Below, piece by piece: positions 1 through 13,790 of a DNA stretch of 64,000 bases. The notes under the pieces were generated by a model. That model was not told where the DNA came from and made no database searches. It saw only the letters and a program-made list of their open reading frames with translations. Positions within the stretch are counted from its first letter, which is position 1. Every line of letters begins with the position of its first letter. This DNA comes from the human T2T-CHM13v2.0 reference genome, Homo sapiens: assembly GCF_009914755.1 (NCBI RefSeq), contig NC_060937.1. The stretch is one strand, 5' to 3'. Both the position numbers and the translations under genes were made by a program.

Positions 1-438
1 GGACCCAAAATAAACATTATATACTGTACATAAAATATCCAAATACTCAAAATATATATTACATACTGTACATAAAATATCAAAGTACCCAAATTATGTA
101 CTATATACTGTACGTAAAATATCAGAGTACCCAAAATATGCATTATATACTGTACATAAAATATGAAAGTAACAAAACATTTATAATAAACTGTACATAA
201 AATATCAAAGTACTCAAACTATATATCATATACTGTACATAAAATATCAAAGTACCCAAACTGTGTATTATTATATACTGTATATAAAATATCAAAGTAC
301 CTGAAATATATATTGTATACTGTACATAAAATATCAAAGTACCCAAAATATATACTATATACTGTACATAAAATATGAAGGTACATCAAATATATATTAT
401 ATCCTGTACATAAAATAACAAAGTACACCTATTATATA

Positions 439-3400
439 TTGTGTACTGTACATAATATATTAAATCGCCCAAATATATATTGTATACTGTATATAAAATA
501 TGAAGGTACTTCAAATATATATTATATGCTGCACATAAAATATCAAAGTACCCAAAGTATGCATTACATACTGTACATAAAATATCAAAGTACACAAATT
601 ATATATTATATACTGTACATAAAATCTGTAGGTTCATCAAATATATTTTATATTCTGTACATAATATATCAAAGTACATCAAATATATATTATATACGGT
701 ACATAAAATATCAAATTACCCAAAATATATATTATTTACTGTACATAAAATATGAAAGTAACCAAACATTTATAATAAACTGTACATAAATTATCAAAGT
801 ACTCAATCTACATATTATATACAGTATATAAAATATCAAAGTACACAAACTGTATATTATATACTGTACATAATATGTCAAAGTAGCCAGAATATATAGC
901 ATACTGTACATACAATATCAAAGTACCCAAAATATATATTGTATACTGTACATAAAATATGAAGGTACATCAAAGATATATTATATTCTGTACATAAAAT
1001 ATCAAAGTACACCAAATATATATTATATGCTGTACATAATATATTAAAGTTGCCCATGTATACATTTTATACTGTACATAAAATATGAAGGTACATCAAA
1101 TATATAGTATATGCTGCACATAAAATATCAAAGTACCCAAAGTATGTATTATATACTGTACATAAAATATCAAAGTACCAAAAGTATATATTACCTACTG
1201 TAAATAAAATGTGAAGATACCTCAAATATATATTATATTCTGTACATGAAATATCAAAGTACACCAAGTATATACTATATACTCTACATAAAATATTAAA
1301 TTACCCAAAATATATATTGTATTGTGTACATAAAATATGAAAATAACCAAACATTTATAATAAACTGTACATAAAATATCAAAGTACTCAAACTTTATAT
1401 TATATACTGTACATAAAGTATCAAAGTACCCAAACTGTGTAGTATATACTGTACATAAAATATCAAGGTACCCAAAATGTATATTGTAAACTGTAGATAA
1501 AATATCAAAGTACCCAAAATATATATTATATACTGTACATAAAATATGAAGGCACATCCAATATATATTATATTCTGTACATAAAATATCAAAGTACACC
1601 AAATGTATATTATATACTGTACATAAAATATAAAACTACCCCAAATATATCTTATATACTCTACATAAAATATCAAAGTACCCAAAATATATATTATATA
1701 CTGTACATAATATATCAAAGTACCCATAGTATGTATTATATCCTGTACATAAAATATGAAAGTACGTCAAATATATATTCTATTCTGCACATAAAATATC
1801 ATATTGCACCAAATATATATTGTATACTGTATATAAAATATGAAGGTACTTCAAATATATATTATATGCTGCACATAAAATATCAAAGTACCCAAAGTAT
1901 GCATTATATACTGTACATAAAATATCAAAGTACCCAAAGTGTATATTATATACTGTACATAAAATATGAAGGTTCATCAAATATATTTTATATTCTGCAC
2001 ATAATATATCAAAGTACAGCAAATATATATTATATACTGTACATAAAATAACAAAGTAACAAAAATATGTATTATATACTGTACATAAAATATGAAAGTA
2101 ACCAAATATTTATAATAAACTGTATATAAAATATCAAAGTACTCAAACTACATATTATATACAGTATATAAAATATCAAAGTACCCAAACTATATATTAT
2201 ATACTGTACATACTATATCAAAGTACCCGAATATAGAGCATACTGTACATAAAATATCAAATTACCCAAAATATATATTGTATACTGTACATAAAATATG
2301 AAGGTACATCAAAGATATATTATATTCTGTACATAAAATATCAAAGTACACCAAATATATATTATATGCTGTACAGAATATATTAAAGTCGACCAAATGT
2401 ATATTATATAGTGTACATAAAATATGAAGGTACATCAAATATATATTATATGCTGCACATAAAATATCAAAGTACCCAAAGTATGTATTATATACTGTAC
2501 ATAAAATATCAAAGTACCCAAAGTATATATTATATACTGTACATAAAATATAAAATACCCCAAATATATATTATATGCTGTACATAAAATATCAAAGTAC
2601 ACAAAATATGCATTATGTACTGTACATAAATTATCAAAGGACCCAAAATATATATTATATAGTGTACATAAAATATCAAAATACCCAAAATATATATTAT
2701 ATACTGTACATAAAATACCAAAGTACCCAAAGTATATATTATATACTGTATAAAAAATATCAAAGTAGCCAAAATATGTATTATACACTGTACATAATAT
2801 ATGAAAGTACCCAAACATTTATAATAAACTGTACATAAAATATCAATGTACTCAAATTATATATTATGTGCGGTACTTAAGATATCAAAGTACCCATACT
2901 ATATAGTATGTACTGTACTTAAAATATCAAAATACCCAAAATATATATTATATACGTTACATAAACTATCAAATACACAAAGTATGTATTACATACTGTA
3001 CATAAAATAGCAAAGTTCCCAAAATATGTATTATATACTGTACATAAAATATGAAAGTAACCAACCATTTATAATAAACTCTACATAAAATACCAAAGTA
3101 CCCAAACTGTGTATTATATACTCTCCATAAAATATCAAAGTACCCAAAATATATATTGTCAACTGTACATAAAATATCAAAGTAGCCAAAATATATATAG
3201 TATACCGTACATAAAATATAAAAGTACCCCAAATATGTATTATATACTGTACATAAAATATCAAAGTACCGATAATACATATTATATAGTGTACATAAAA
3301 TATCAGAGGACCCAAAATAAACATTATATACTGTACATAAAATATCCAAATACTCAAAATATATATTACATACGGTACATAAAATATCAAAGTACCCAAA

Positions 3401-3745
3401 TTATGTATTATATACTGTACATAAAATATCAGAGTACACAAAATATGCATTATATACTGTACATAAAATATGAAAGTAACAAAACATTTATAATAAACTG
3501 TACATAAAATATCAAAGTACTCAAACTATATATCATATACTGTACATAAAATATCAAAGTACCCAAACTGTGTATTATTACATACTGTATATAAAATATC
3601 AAAGTACCTGAAATATATACTGTATACTGTACATAAAATATCAAAGTACCCAAAATATATACTATATACTGTACATAAAATATGAAGGTACATCAAATAT
3701 ATATTATATCCTGTACATAAAATATCAAAGTACACCTATTATATA
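439..3745 (+). repeat. Higher-order unit type A, 3,307 bp (79 monomers)
   Basis: The once-per-unit marker 'cacctattatatattgtgtac...taaatcgccc' lies at 439 and 3746. Block lengths 589+585+755+709+250+419 = 3,307. Contains the 294-bp A-specific module. Confidence 0.88.
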
Positions 3746-6700
3746 TTGTGTACTGTACATAATATATTAAATCGCCCAAATATATATTGTATACTGTATA
3801 TAAAATATGAAGGTACTTCAAATATATATTATATGCTGCACATAAAATATCAAAGTACCCAAAGTATGCATTACATACTGTACATAAAATATCAAAGTAC
3901 ACATATTATCTATTATATAATGTACATAAAATATGAAGGTTCATCAAATATATATTATATTCTGTACATAATATATCAAAGTACATCAAATATATATTAT
4001 ATACTGTACATAAAATATCAAAGTACCAAAAATATGTATTATATACTGTACATAAAACATGAAAGTAACCAAACATTTATAATAAACTGTACTTAAAATA
4101 TCAAAGTACTCAATCTACATATTATATACAGTATATAAAATATCAAAGTACACAAACTGTATATTATATACTGTACATAATATATCAAAGTACCCAGAAT
4201 ATATAGCATACTGTACTTAAAATATCAAAGTACCCAAAATATATATTGTATACTGTACATAAAATATGAAGGTACATCAAAGATATATTATATTCTGTAC
4301 ATAAAATATCAAAGTACACCAAATATATATTATATGCTGTACATAATATATTAAAGTTGCCCATATATACATTATATACTGTACATAAAATATGAACGTA
4401 CATCAAATATATAGTATATGCTGCACATAAAATATCAAAGTACCCAAAGTATGTATTATACACTGTACATAAAATATCAAAGTACCAAAAGTATATATTA
4501 CATACTGTAAATAAAATATGAAGGTACCTCAAATATATATTATATTCTGTACATAAAATATCAAAGTACACCAAGTATATACTATATACTCTGCATAAAA
4601 TATTAAATTACCCAAAATATGTATTGCATTGTGTACATAAAATATGAAAGTAACCAAACATTTATAATAAACTGTACATAAAATATCAAAGTACTCAAAC
4701 TGTATATTATATACTGTACATAAAGTATCAAAGTACCCAAACTGTGTAGTATATACTGTACATAAAATATCAAGGTACCCAAAATATATATTGTAAACTG
4801 TAGATAAAATATCAAAGTACCCAAAATATATATTATATACTGTACATAAAATATGAAGGCACATCCAATATATATTATATTCTGTACATAAAATATCAAA
4901 GTACACCAAATGTATATTATATACTGTACATAAAATATCAAAGTACCCAAAGTGTATATTATATACTGTACATAAAATATGAAGATTCATCAAATATATT
5001 TTATATTCTGCACATAATATATCAAAGTACAGCAAATATATATTATATACTGTACATAAAATATCAAAGTACCCAAAATATGTATTATATACTGTACATA
5101 AAATATGAAAGTAACCAAACATTTATAATAAACTGTACATAAAGTATCAAAGTACTCAAACTACATATTATATACAGTATATAAAATGTCAAAGTACCCA
5201 AACTGTATATTATATACTGTACATAATATATCAAAGTACCTGAATATATAGCATACTGTACATAAAATATCAAAGTACCCAAAGTGTGTATTATACACTG
5301 CACATAAAATATGAAGGTACATAAAATATATATTGTATTCTGTACATAAAATATCAAAGTACTCCAAATATATATTATATGCTGTACATAATATATTAAA
5401 GTCGCCCAAATATATATTATATACTGTACATAAAATATGAAGGTACATCAAATATATATTATATGCTGCACATAAAATATCAAAGTACCCAAAGTATGTG
5501 TTATATACTGTACATAAAATATCAAAGTACCCAAAGTATATATTATATACTGTACATAAAATATAAAATACCCCAAATATATATTATATGCTCTACATAA
5601 AATATCAAAGTACACAAAATATGTATTATATACTGTACATAAAATACCAAAGGACCCAAAATATATATTATATACTGTACATAAAATATCAAAATACCCA
5701 AAATATATATTATATACTGTACATAAAATACCAAAGTACCCAAAGTATATATTATATACCGTACAAAAAATATCAAAGTAGCCAAAATATGTATTATACA
5801 CTGTACATAATATATGAAAGTACCCAAACATTTATAAAAAACTGTACATAAAATATCAATGTACTCAAACTATATATTATGTGCGGTACATAAGATATCA
5901 AATTACCCATACTATATAGTATATACTGCACTTAAAATATCAAAATACCCAAAATATATATTATATACGTTACATAAACTATCAAATACACAAAGTATGT
6001 ATTATATACTGTACATAAAATAGCAAAGTTCCCAAAATATGTATTATATACTGTACATAAAATATGAAAGTACCCAACCATTTATAATAAACTCTACATA
6101 AAATACCAAAGTACCCAAACTGTGTATTATATACTGTCCATAAAATATCAAAGTACCCAAAATATATATTGTAAACTGTACATAAAATATCAAAGTAGCC
6201 AAAATACATATTGTATACTGTACATAAAATATGAAAGTACCCCAAATATGTATTATATACTGTACATAAAATATCAAAGTACCCATAATACATATTATAT
6301 ACTGTACATAAAATATCAAAGGACCCAAAATAAACATTATATACTGTACATAAAATATCCAAATACTCAAAATATATATTACGTACTGTACATAAAATAT
6401 CAAAGTACCCAAATTATGTATTATATACTGTACGTAAAATATCAGAGTACCCAAAATATGCATTATATACTGTACATAAAATATGAAAGTAACAATACAT
6501 TTATAATAAACTGTACATAAAATATCAAAGTACTCAAACTATATATCATATACTGTACATAAAATATCAAAGTACCCAAACTGTGTATTATTATATACTG
6601 TATATAAAATATCAAAGTACCTGAAATATATACTGTATACTGTACATAAAATATCAAAGTACCCAAAATATATACTATATACTGTACATAAAATATGAAG

Positions 6701-6758
6701 GTACATCAAATATATATTATATCCTGTACATAAAATATCAAAGTACACCTATTATATA
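3746..6758 (+). repeat. Higher-order unit type B, 3,013 bp (72 monomers)
   Basis: Marker spacing 3746->6759. Lacks the 294-bp module. B-diagnostic variants acacatattatctatt, aaacatgaaag, gaacgtac, ctctgcataa. Confidence 0.88.
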
Positions 6759-9700
6759 TTGTGTACTGTACATAATATATTAAATCGCCCAAATATATAT
6801 TGTATACTGTATATAAAATATGAAGGTACTTCAAATATATATTATATGCTGCACATAAAATATCAAAGTACCCAAAGTATGCATTAAACACTGTACATAA
6901 AATATCAAAGTACACATATTATCTATTATATAATGTACATAAAATATGAAGGTTCATCAAATATATATTATATTCTGTACATAATATATCAAAGTACATC
7001 AAATATATATTATATACTGTACATAAAATATCAAAGTACCAAAAATATGTATTATATACTGTACATAAAACATGAAAGTAACCAAACATTAATAATAAAC
7101 TGTACATAAAATATCAAAGTACTCAATCTACATATTATATACAGTATATAAAATATCAAAGTACACAAACTGTATATTATATACCGTACATAATATATCA
7201 AAGTACCCAGAATATATAGCATACTGTACATAAAATATCAAAGTACCCAAAATGTATATTGTATACTGTACATAAAATATGAAGGTACATCAAAGATATA
7301 TTATATTCTGTACATAAAATATCAAAGTACACCAAATATATATTATATGCTGTACATAATATATTAAAGTTGCCCATATATACATTATATACTGTACATA
7401 AAATATGAACGTACATCAAATATATAGTATATGCTGCACATAAAATATCAAAGTACCCAAAGTATGTATTATACACTGTACATAAAATATCAAAGTACCA
7501 AAAGTATATATTACATACTGTAAATAAAATATGAAGGTACCTCAAATATATATTATATTCTGTACATAAAATATCAAAGTACACCAAGTATATACTATAT
7601 ACTCTGCATAAAATATTAAATTACCCAAAATATGTATTGCATTGTGTACATAAAATATGAAAGTAACCAAACATTTATAATAAACTGTACATAAAATATC
7701 AAAGTACTCAAACTGTATATTATATACTGTACATAAAGTATCAAAGTACCCAAACTGTGTAGTATATACTGTACATAAAATATCAAGGTACCCAAAATAT
7801 ATATTGTAAACTGTAGATAAAATATCAAAGTACCCAAAATATATATTATATACTGTACATAAAATATGAAGGCACATCCAATATATATTATATTCTGTAC
7901 ATAATATATCAAAGTACACCAAATGTATATTATATACTGTACATAAAATATCAAAGTACCCAAAGTGTATATTATATACTGTACATAAACTATGAAAGTT
8001 CATCAAATATATTTTATATTCTGCACATAATATATCAAAGTACAGCAAATATATATTATATACTGTACATAAAATATCAAAGTACCCAAAATATGTATTA
8101 TATACTGTACATAAAATATGAAAGTAACCAAACATTTATAATAAACTGTACATAAAATATCAAAGTACTCAAACTGTATATTATATACTCTACATAAAGT
8201 ATCAAAGTACCCAAACTGTGTAGTATATACTGTACATAAAATATCAAGGTACCCAAAATATATATTGTAAACTGTAGATAAAATATCAAAGTACCCAAAA
8301 TATATATTATATACTGTACATGAAATATGAAGGCCCCTCCAATATATATTATACTCTCTACATAAAATATCAAAGTACACCAAATGTATATTATATACTG
8401 TACATAAAATATCAAAGTACCCAAAGTGTATATTATATACTGTACATAAACTATGAAGGTTCATCAAATATATTTTATATTCTGCACATAATATATCAAA
8501 GTACAGCAAATATATATTATATACTGTACATAAAATATCAAAGTACCCAAATTATGTATTATATACTGTACATAAAATATGAAAGTAAGCAAACATTTAT
8601 AATAAACTGTACATAAAGTATCAAAGTACTCAAACTACATATTATATACAGTATATAAAATATCAAAGTACCCAAACTGTATATTATATAATGTACATAA
8701 TATATCAAAGTACCCGAATATATAGCATACTCTACATAAAATATCAAAGTACCCAAAGTTTGTATTATACACTGCACATAAAATATGGAGGTACATCAAA
8801 GATATATTATATTCTGTACATAAAATATCAAAGTACACCAAATATATGTTATATGCTGTACATAATATATTAAAGTCGACCAAATATATATTATATACTG
8901 TACATAAAATATGAAGGTACATCAAATATATATTATATGCTGCACATAAAATATCAAAGTACCCAAAGTATGTGTTATATACTGTACATAAAATATCAAA
9001 GTACCCAAAGTATATATTATATACTGTACATAAAATATAAAATACCCCAAATATATATTATATGCTCTACATAAAATATCAAAGTACACAAAATATGTAT
9101 TATATACTGTACATAAAATACCAAAGGACCCAAAATATATATTATATACTGTACATAAAATATCAAAATACCCAAAATATATATTATATACTGTACATAA
9201 AATACCAAAGTACCCAAAGTATATATTATATACCGTACAAAAAATATCAAAGTAGCCAAAATATGTATTATACACTGTACATAATATATGAAAGTACCCA
9301 AACATTTATAATAAACTGTACATAAAATATCAATGTACTCAAACTATATATTATGTGCGCTACATAAGATATCAAAGTACCCATACTATATAGTATATAC
9401 TGTACTTAAAATATCAAAATACCCAAAATATATATTATATACGTTACATAAACTATCAAATACACAAAGTATGTATTATATACTGTACATAAAATAGCAA
9501 AGTTCCCAAAATATGTATTATATACTGTACATAAAATATGAAAGTACCCAACCATTTATAATAAAGTCTACATAAAATACCAAAGTACCCAAACTGTGTA
9601 TTATATACTGTCCATAAAATATCAAAGGACCCAAAATATGTATTGTAAACTCTACATAAAATATCAAAGTAGCCAAAATACATATTGTATACTGTACATA

Positions 9701-10232
9701 AAATATAAAAGTACCCCAAATATATATTATATACTGTACATAAAATATCAAAGTACCCATAATACATATTATACACTGTACATAAAATATCAAAGGACCC
9801 AAAATAAACATTATATACTGTACATAAAATATCCAAATACTCAAAATATATATTACATACTGTACATAAAATATCAAAGTACCCAAATTATGTATTATAC
9901 ACTGTACGTAAAATATCAGAGTACCCAAAATATGCATTATATACTGTACATAAAATATGAAAGTAACAAAACATTTATAATAAACTGTACATAAAATATC
10001 AAAGTACTCAAACTATATATCATATACTCTACATAAAATATCAAAGTACCCAAACTGTGTATTATTATATACTGTATATAAAATATCAAAGTACCTGAAA
10101 TATATACTGTATACTGTACATAAAATATCAAAGTACCCAAAATATATACTATATACTGTACATAAAATATGAAGGTACATCAAATATATATTATATCCTG
10201 TACATAAAATATCAAAGTACACCTATTATATA
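6759..10232 (+). repeat. Type B unit with internal 461-bp tandem duplication (3,474 bp)
   Basis: 3,474 = 3,013 + 461. Punctuation monomers at ~7659, 8120 and 8581. Confidence 0.82.
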
Positions 10233-11026
10233 TTGTGTACTGTACATAATATATTAAATCGCACAAATATATATTGTATACTGTATATAAAATATGAAGG
10301 TACTTCAAATATATATTATATGCTGCACATAAAATATCAAAGTACCCAAGGTATGCATTACATACTGTACATAAAATATCAAAGTACACATATTATCTAT
10401 TATATAATGTACATAAAATATGAAGGTTCATCAAATATATATTATATTCTGTACATAATATATCAAAGTACATCAAATATATATTATATACTGTACATAA
10501 AATATCAAAGTACCAAAAATATGTATTATATACTGTACATAAAACATGAAAGTAACCAAACATTTATAATAAACTGTACATAAAATATCAAAGTACTCAA
10601 TCTACATATTATATACAGTATATAAAATATCAAAGTACACAAACTGTATATTATATACGGTACATAATATATCAAAGTACCCAGAATATATAGCATACTG
10701 TAAATAAAATATCAAAGTACCCAAAATATATATTGTATACTGTACATAAAATATGAAGGTACATCAAAGATATATTATATTCTGTACATAAAATATCAAA
10801 CTACACCAAATATATATTATATGCTGTACATAATATATTAAAGTTGCCCATATATACATTATATACTGTACATAAAATATGAACGTACATCAAATATATA
10901 GTATATGCTACACATAAAATATCAAAGTACCCAAAATATATACTATATACTGTACATAAAATATGAAGGTACATCAAATATATATTATATCCTGTACATA
11001 AAATATCAAAGTACACCTATTATATA
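10233..11026 (+). repeat. Truncated type B unit (794 bp, 19 monomers)
   Basis: The unit marker recurs after only 794 bp. The sequence jumps back to block 1 near 10,910-10,940. Confidence 0.8.
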
Positions 11027-13790
11027 TTGTGTACTGCACATAATATATTAAATCGCCCAAATATATATTGTATACTGTATATAAAATATGAAGGTACTTC
11101 AAATATATATTATATGCTGCACATAAAATATCAAAGTACCCAAAGTATGCATTACATACTGTACATAAAATATCAAATTACAAAAATTATATATTATATT
11201 CTGTACATAAAATATGTAGGTTCTTCAAATATATTTTATATTCTGTACATAATATATCAAAGTACATCAAATATATATTATATACGGTACATAAAATATC
11301 AAAGTACCCAAAATATGTATTAATTACTGTGCATAAAATATGAAAGTAACCAAACATTTATAATAAACTGTACATAAAATATCAAACTACTCAATCTACA
11401 TATTATATACAGTATATAAAATATCAAAGTACACAAACTGTATATTATATACTGTACATAATATATCAAAGTACCCAGAATATATAGCATACTGTACATA
11501 CAATATCAAAGTACCCAGAATGTATATTGTATTCTGTACATAAAATATGAATGTACATCAAAGATATATTATATTCTGTACATAAAATATCAAAGTACAC
11601 CAAATATATATTATATGCTGTACATAATATATTAAAGTTGCCCATGCATACATTTTATACTGTACATAAAATATGAAGGTACATCAAATATATAGTATAT
11701 GCTGCACATAAAATATCAAAGTACCCAAAGTATGTATTATATACTGTACATAAAATATCAAAGTACCAAAAGTATATATTACCTACTGTAAATAAAATAT
11801 GAAGATACCTCAAATATATATTATATTCTGTACATGAAATATCAAAGTACACCAAGTATATACTATATACTCTACATAAAATATTAAATTACCCAAAATA
11901 TGTATTGTATTGTGTACATAAAATATGAAAGTAACCAAACATTTATAATAAACTGTACATAAAATATCAAAGTACTCAAACTTTATATTATATACTGTAC
12001 ATAAAGTATCAAAGTACCCAAACTGTGTAGTATATACTGTACATAAAATATCAAGGTACCCAAAATGTATATTGTAAACTGTAGATAAAATATCAAAGTA
12101 CCCAAAATATATATTATATACTGTACATAAAATATGAAGGCTCATCCAATATATATTATATTCTGTACATAAAATATCAAAGTACACCAAATGTATATTA
12201 TATACTGTACATAAAATATAAAACTACGCCAAATATATCTTATATACTCTACATAAAATATCAAAGTACCCAAAATATATATTATATACTGTACATAAAA
12301 TATCAAAGTACCCATAGTATGTATTATATCCTGTACATAAAATATGAAGGTACATCAAATATATATTCTATTCTGCACATAAAATATCATATTGCACCAA
12401 CTATATATTGTATACTGTATATAAAATATGAAGGTACTTCAAATATATATTATATGCTGCACATAAAATATCAAAGTACCCAAAGTATGCATTATATACT
12501 GTACATAAAATATCAAAGTACCCAAAGTGTATATTATATACTGTACATAAAATATGAAGGTTCATCAAATATATTTTATATTCTGCACATAATATATCAA
12601 AGTACAGCAAATATATATTATATACTGTACATAAAATATCAAAGTACCCAAAATATGTATTATATACTGTACATAAAATATGAAAGTAACCAAACATTTA
12701 TAATAAACTGTACATAAAATATCAAAGTACTCAAACTACATATTATATACAGTATATAAAATGTCAAAGTACCCAAACTGTATATTATATACTGTACATA
12801 ATATATCAAAGTACCCAAATATATAGCATACTGTACATAAAATATCAAAGTACCCAAAGTGTGTGTTATACACTGCACATAAAATATGAAGGTACATCAA
12901 AGATATATTATATTCTGTACATAAAATATCAAAGTACACCAAATATATATTATATGCTGTACAGAATATATTAAAGTCGACCAAATATATATTATATACT
13001 GTACATAAAATATGAAGGTACATCAAATATATATTATATGCTGCACATAAAATATCAAAGTACCCAAAGTATGTATTATATACTGTACATAAAATATCAA
13101 AGTACCCAAAGTATATATTATATACTGTACATAAAATATAAAATACCCCAAATATATATTATATCCTGTACATAAAATATCAAAGTACCCAAAATATATA
13201 TTGTAAACTGTACATAAAATATCAAAGTAGCCAAAATATATATTGTATACTGTCCATAAAATATAAAAGTACCCCAAATATGTATTATATACTGTACATA
13301 AAATATCAAAGTACCGATAATACATATTATATACTGTACATAAAATATCAAAGGACCCAAAATAAACATTATATACTGTACATAAAATATCCAAATACTC
13401 AAAATATATATTACATACTGTACATAAAATATCAAAGTACCCAAATTATGTATTATATACTGTACGTAAAATATCAGAGTACCCAAAATATGCATTATAT
13501 ACTGTACATAAAATATGAAAGTAACAAAACATTTATAATAAACTGTACATAAAATATCAAAGTACTCAAACTATATATCATATACTGTACATAAAATATC
13601 AAAGTACCCAAACTGTGTATTATTATATACTGTATATAAAATATCAAAGTACCTGAAATATATATTGTATACTGTACATAAAATATCAAAGTACCCAAAA
13701 TATATACTATATACTGTACATAAAATATGAAGGTACATCAAATATATATTATATCCTGTACATAAAATATCAAAGTACACCTATTATATA
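11027..13790 (+). repeat. Type C unit (A-derived, 543-bp deletion; 2,764 bp)
   Basis: Has the A module but lacks the gtgcggtac/cgttacataaacta/aaagttccc segment. Junction near 13,165. Confidence 0.8.

Noticed and set aside
815-832. Palindrome ttatatac-a-gtatataa (and ttatatac-t-gtatataa at ~271) as hairpin, terminator or micro-inversion
   Set aside because: These are 8-bp AT-rich arms with a 1-nt loop, obtained by one or two substitutions from the consensus. They are expected in TA-rich satellite and there is no sign of function.
3746-6758. 3,013 bp as 8 x 378-bp (9-mer) subunits
   Set aside because: 72 = 8 x 9 numerically, but landmark monomers give blocks of 14/14/11/17/6/10, not a 9-monomer period. 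A weak 378 signal as 3 x 126 is not excluded.
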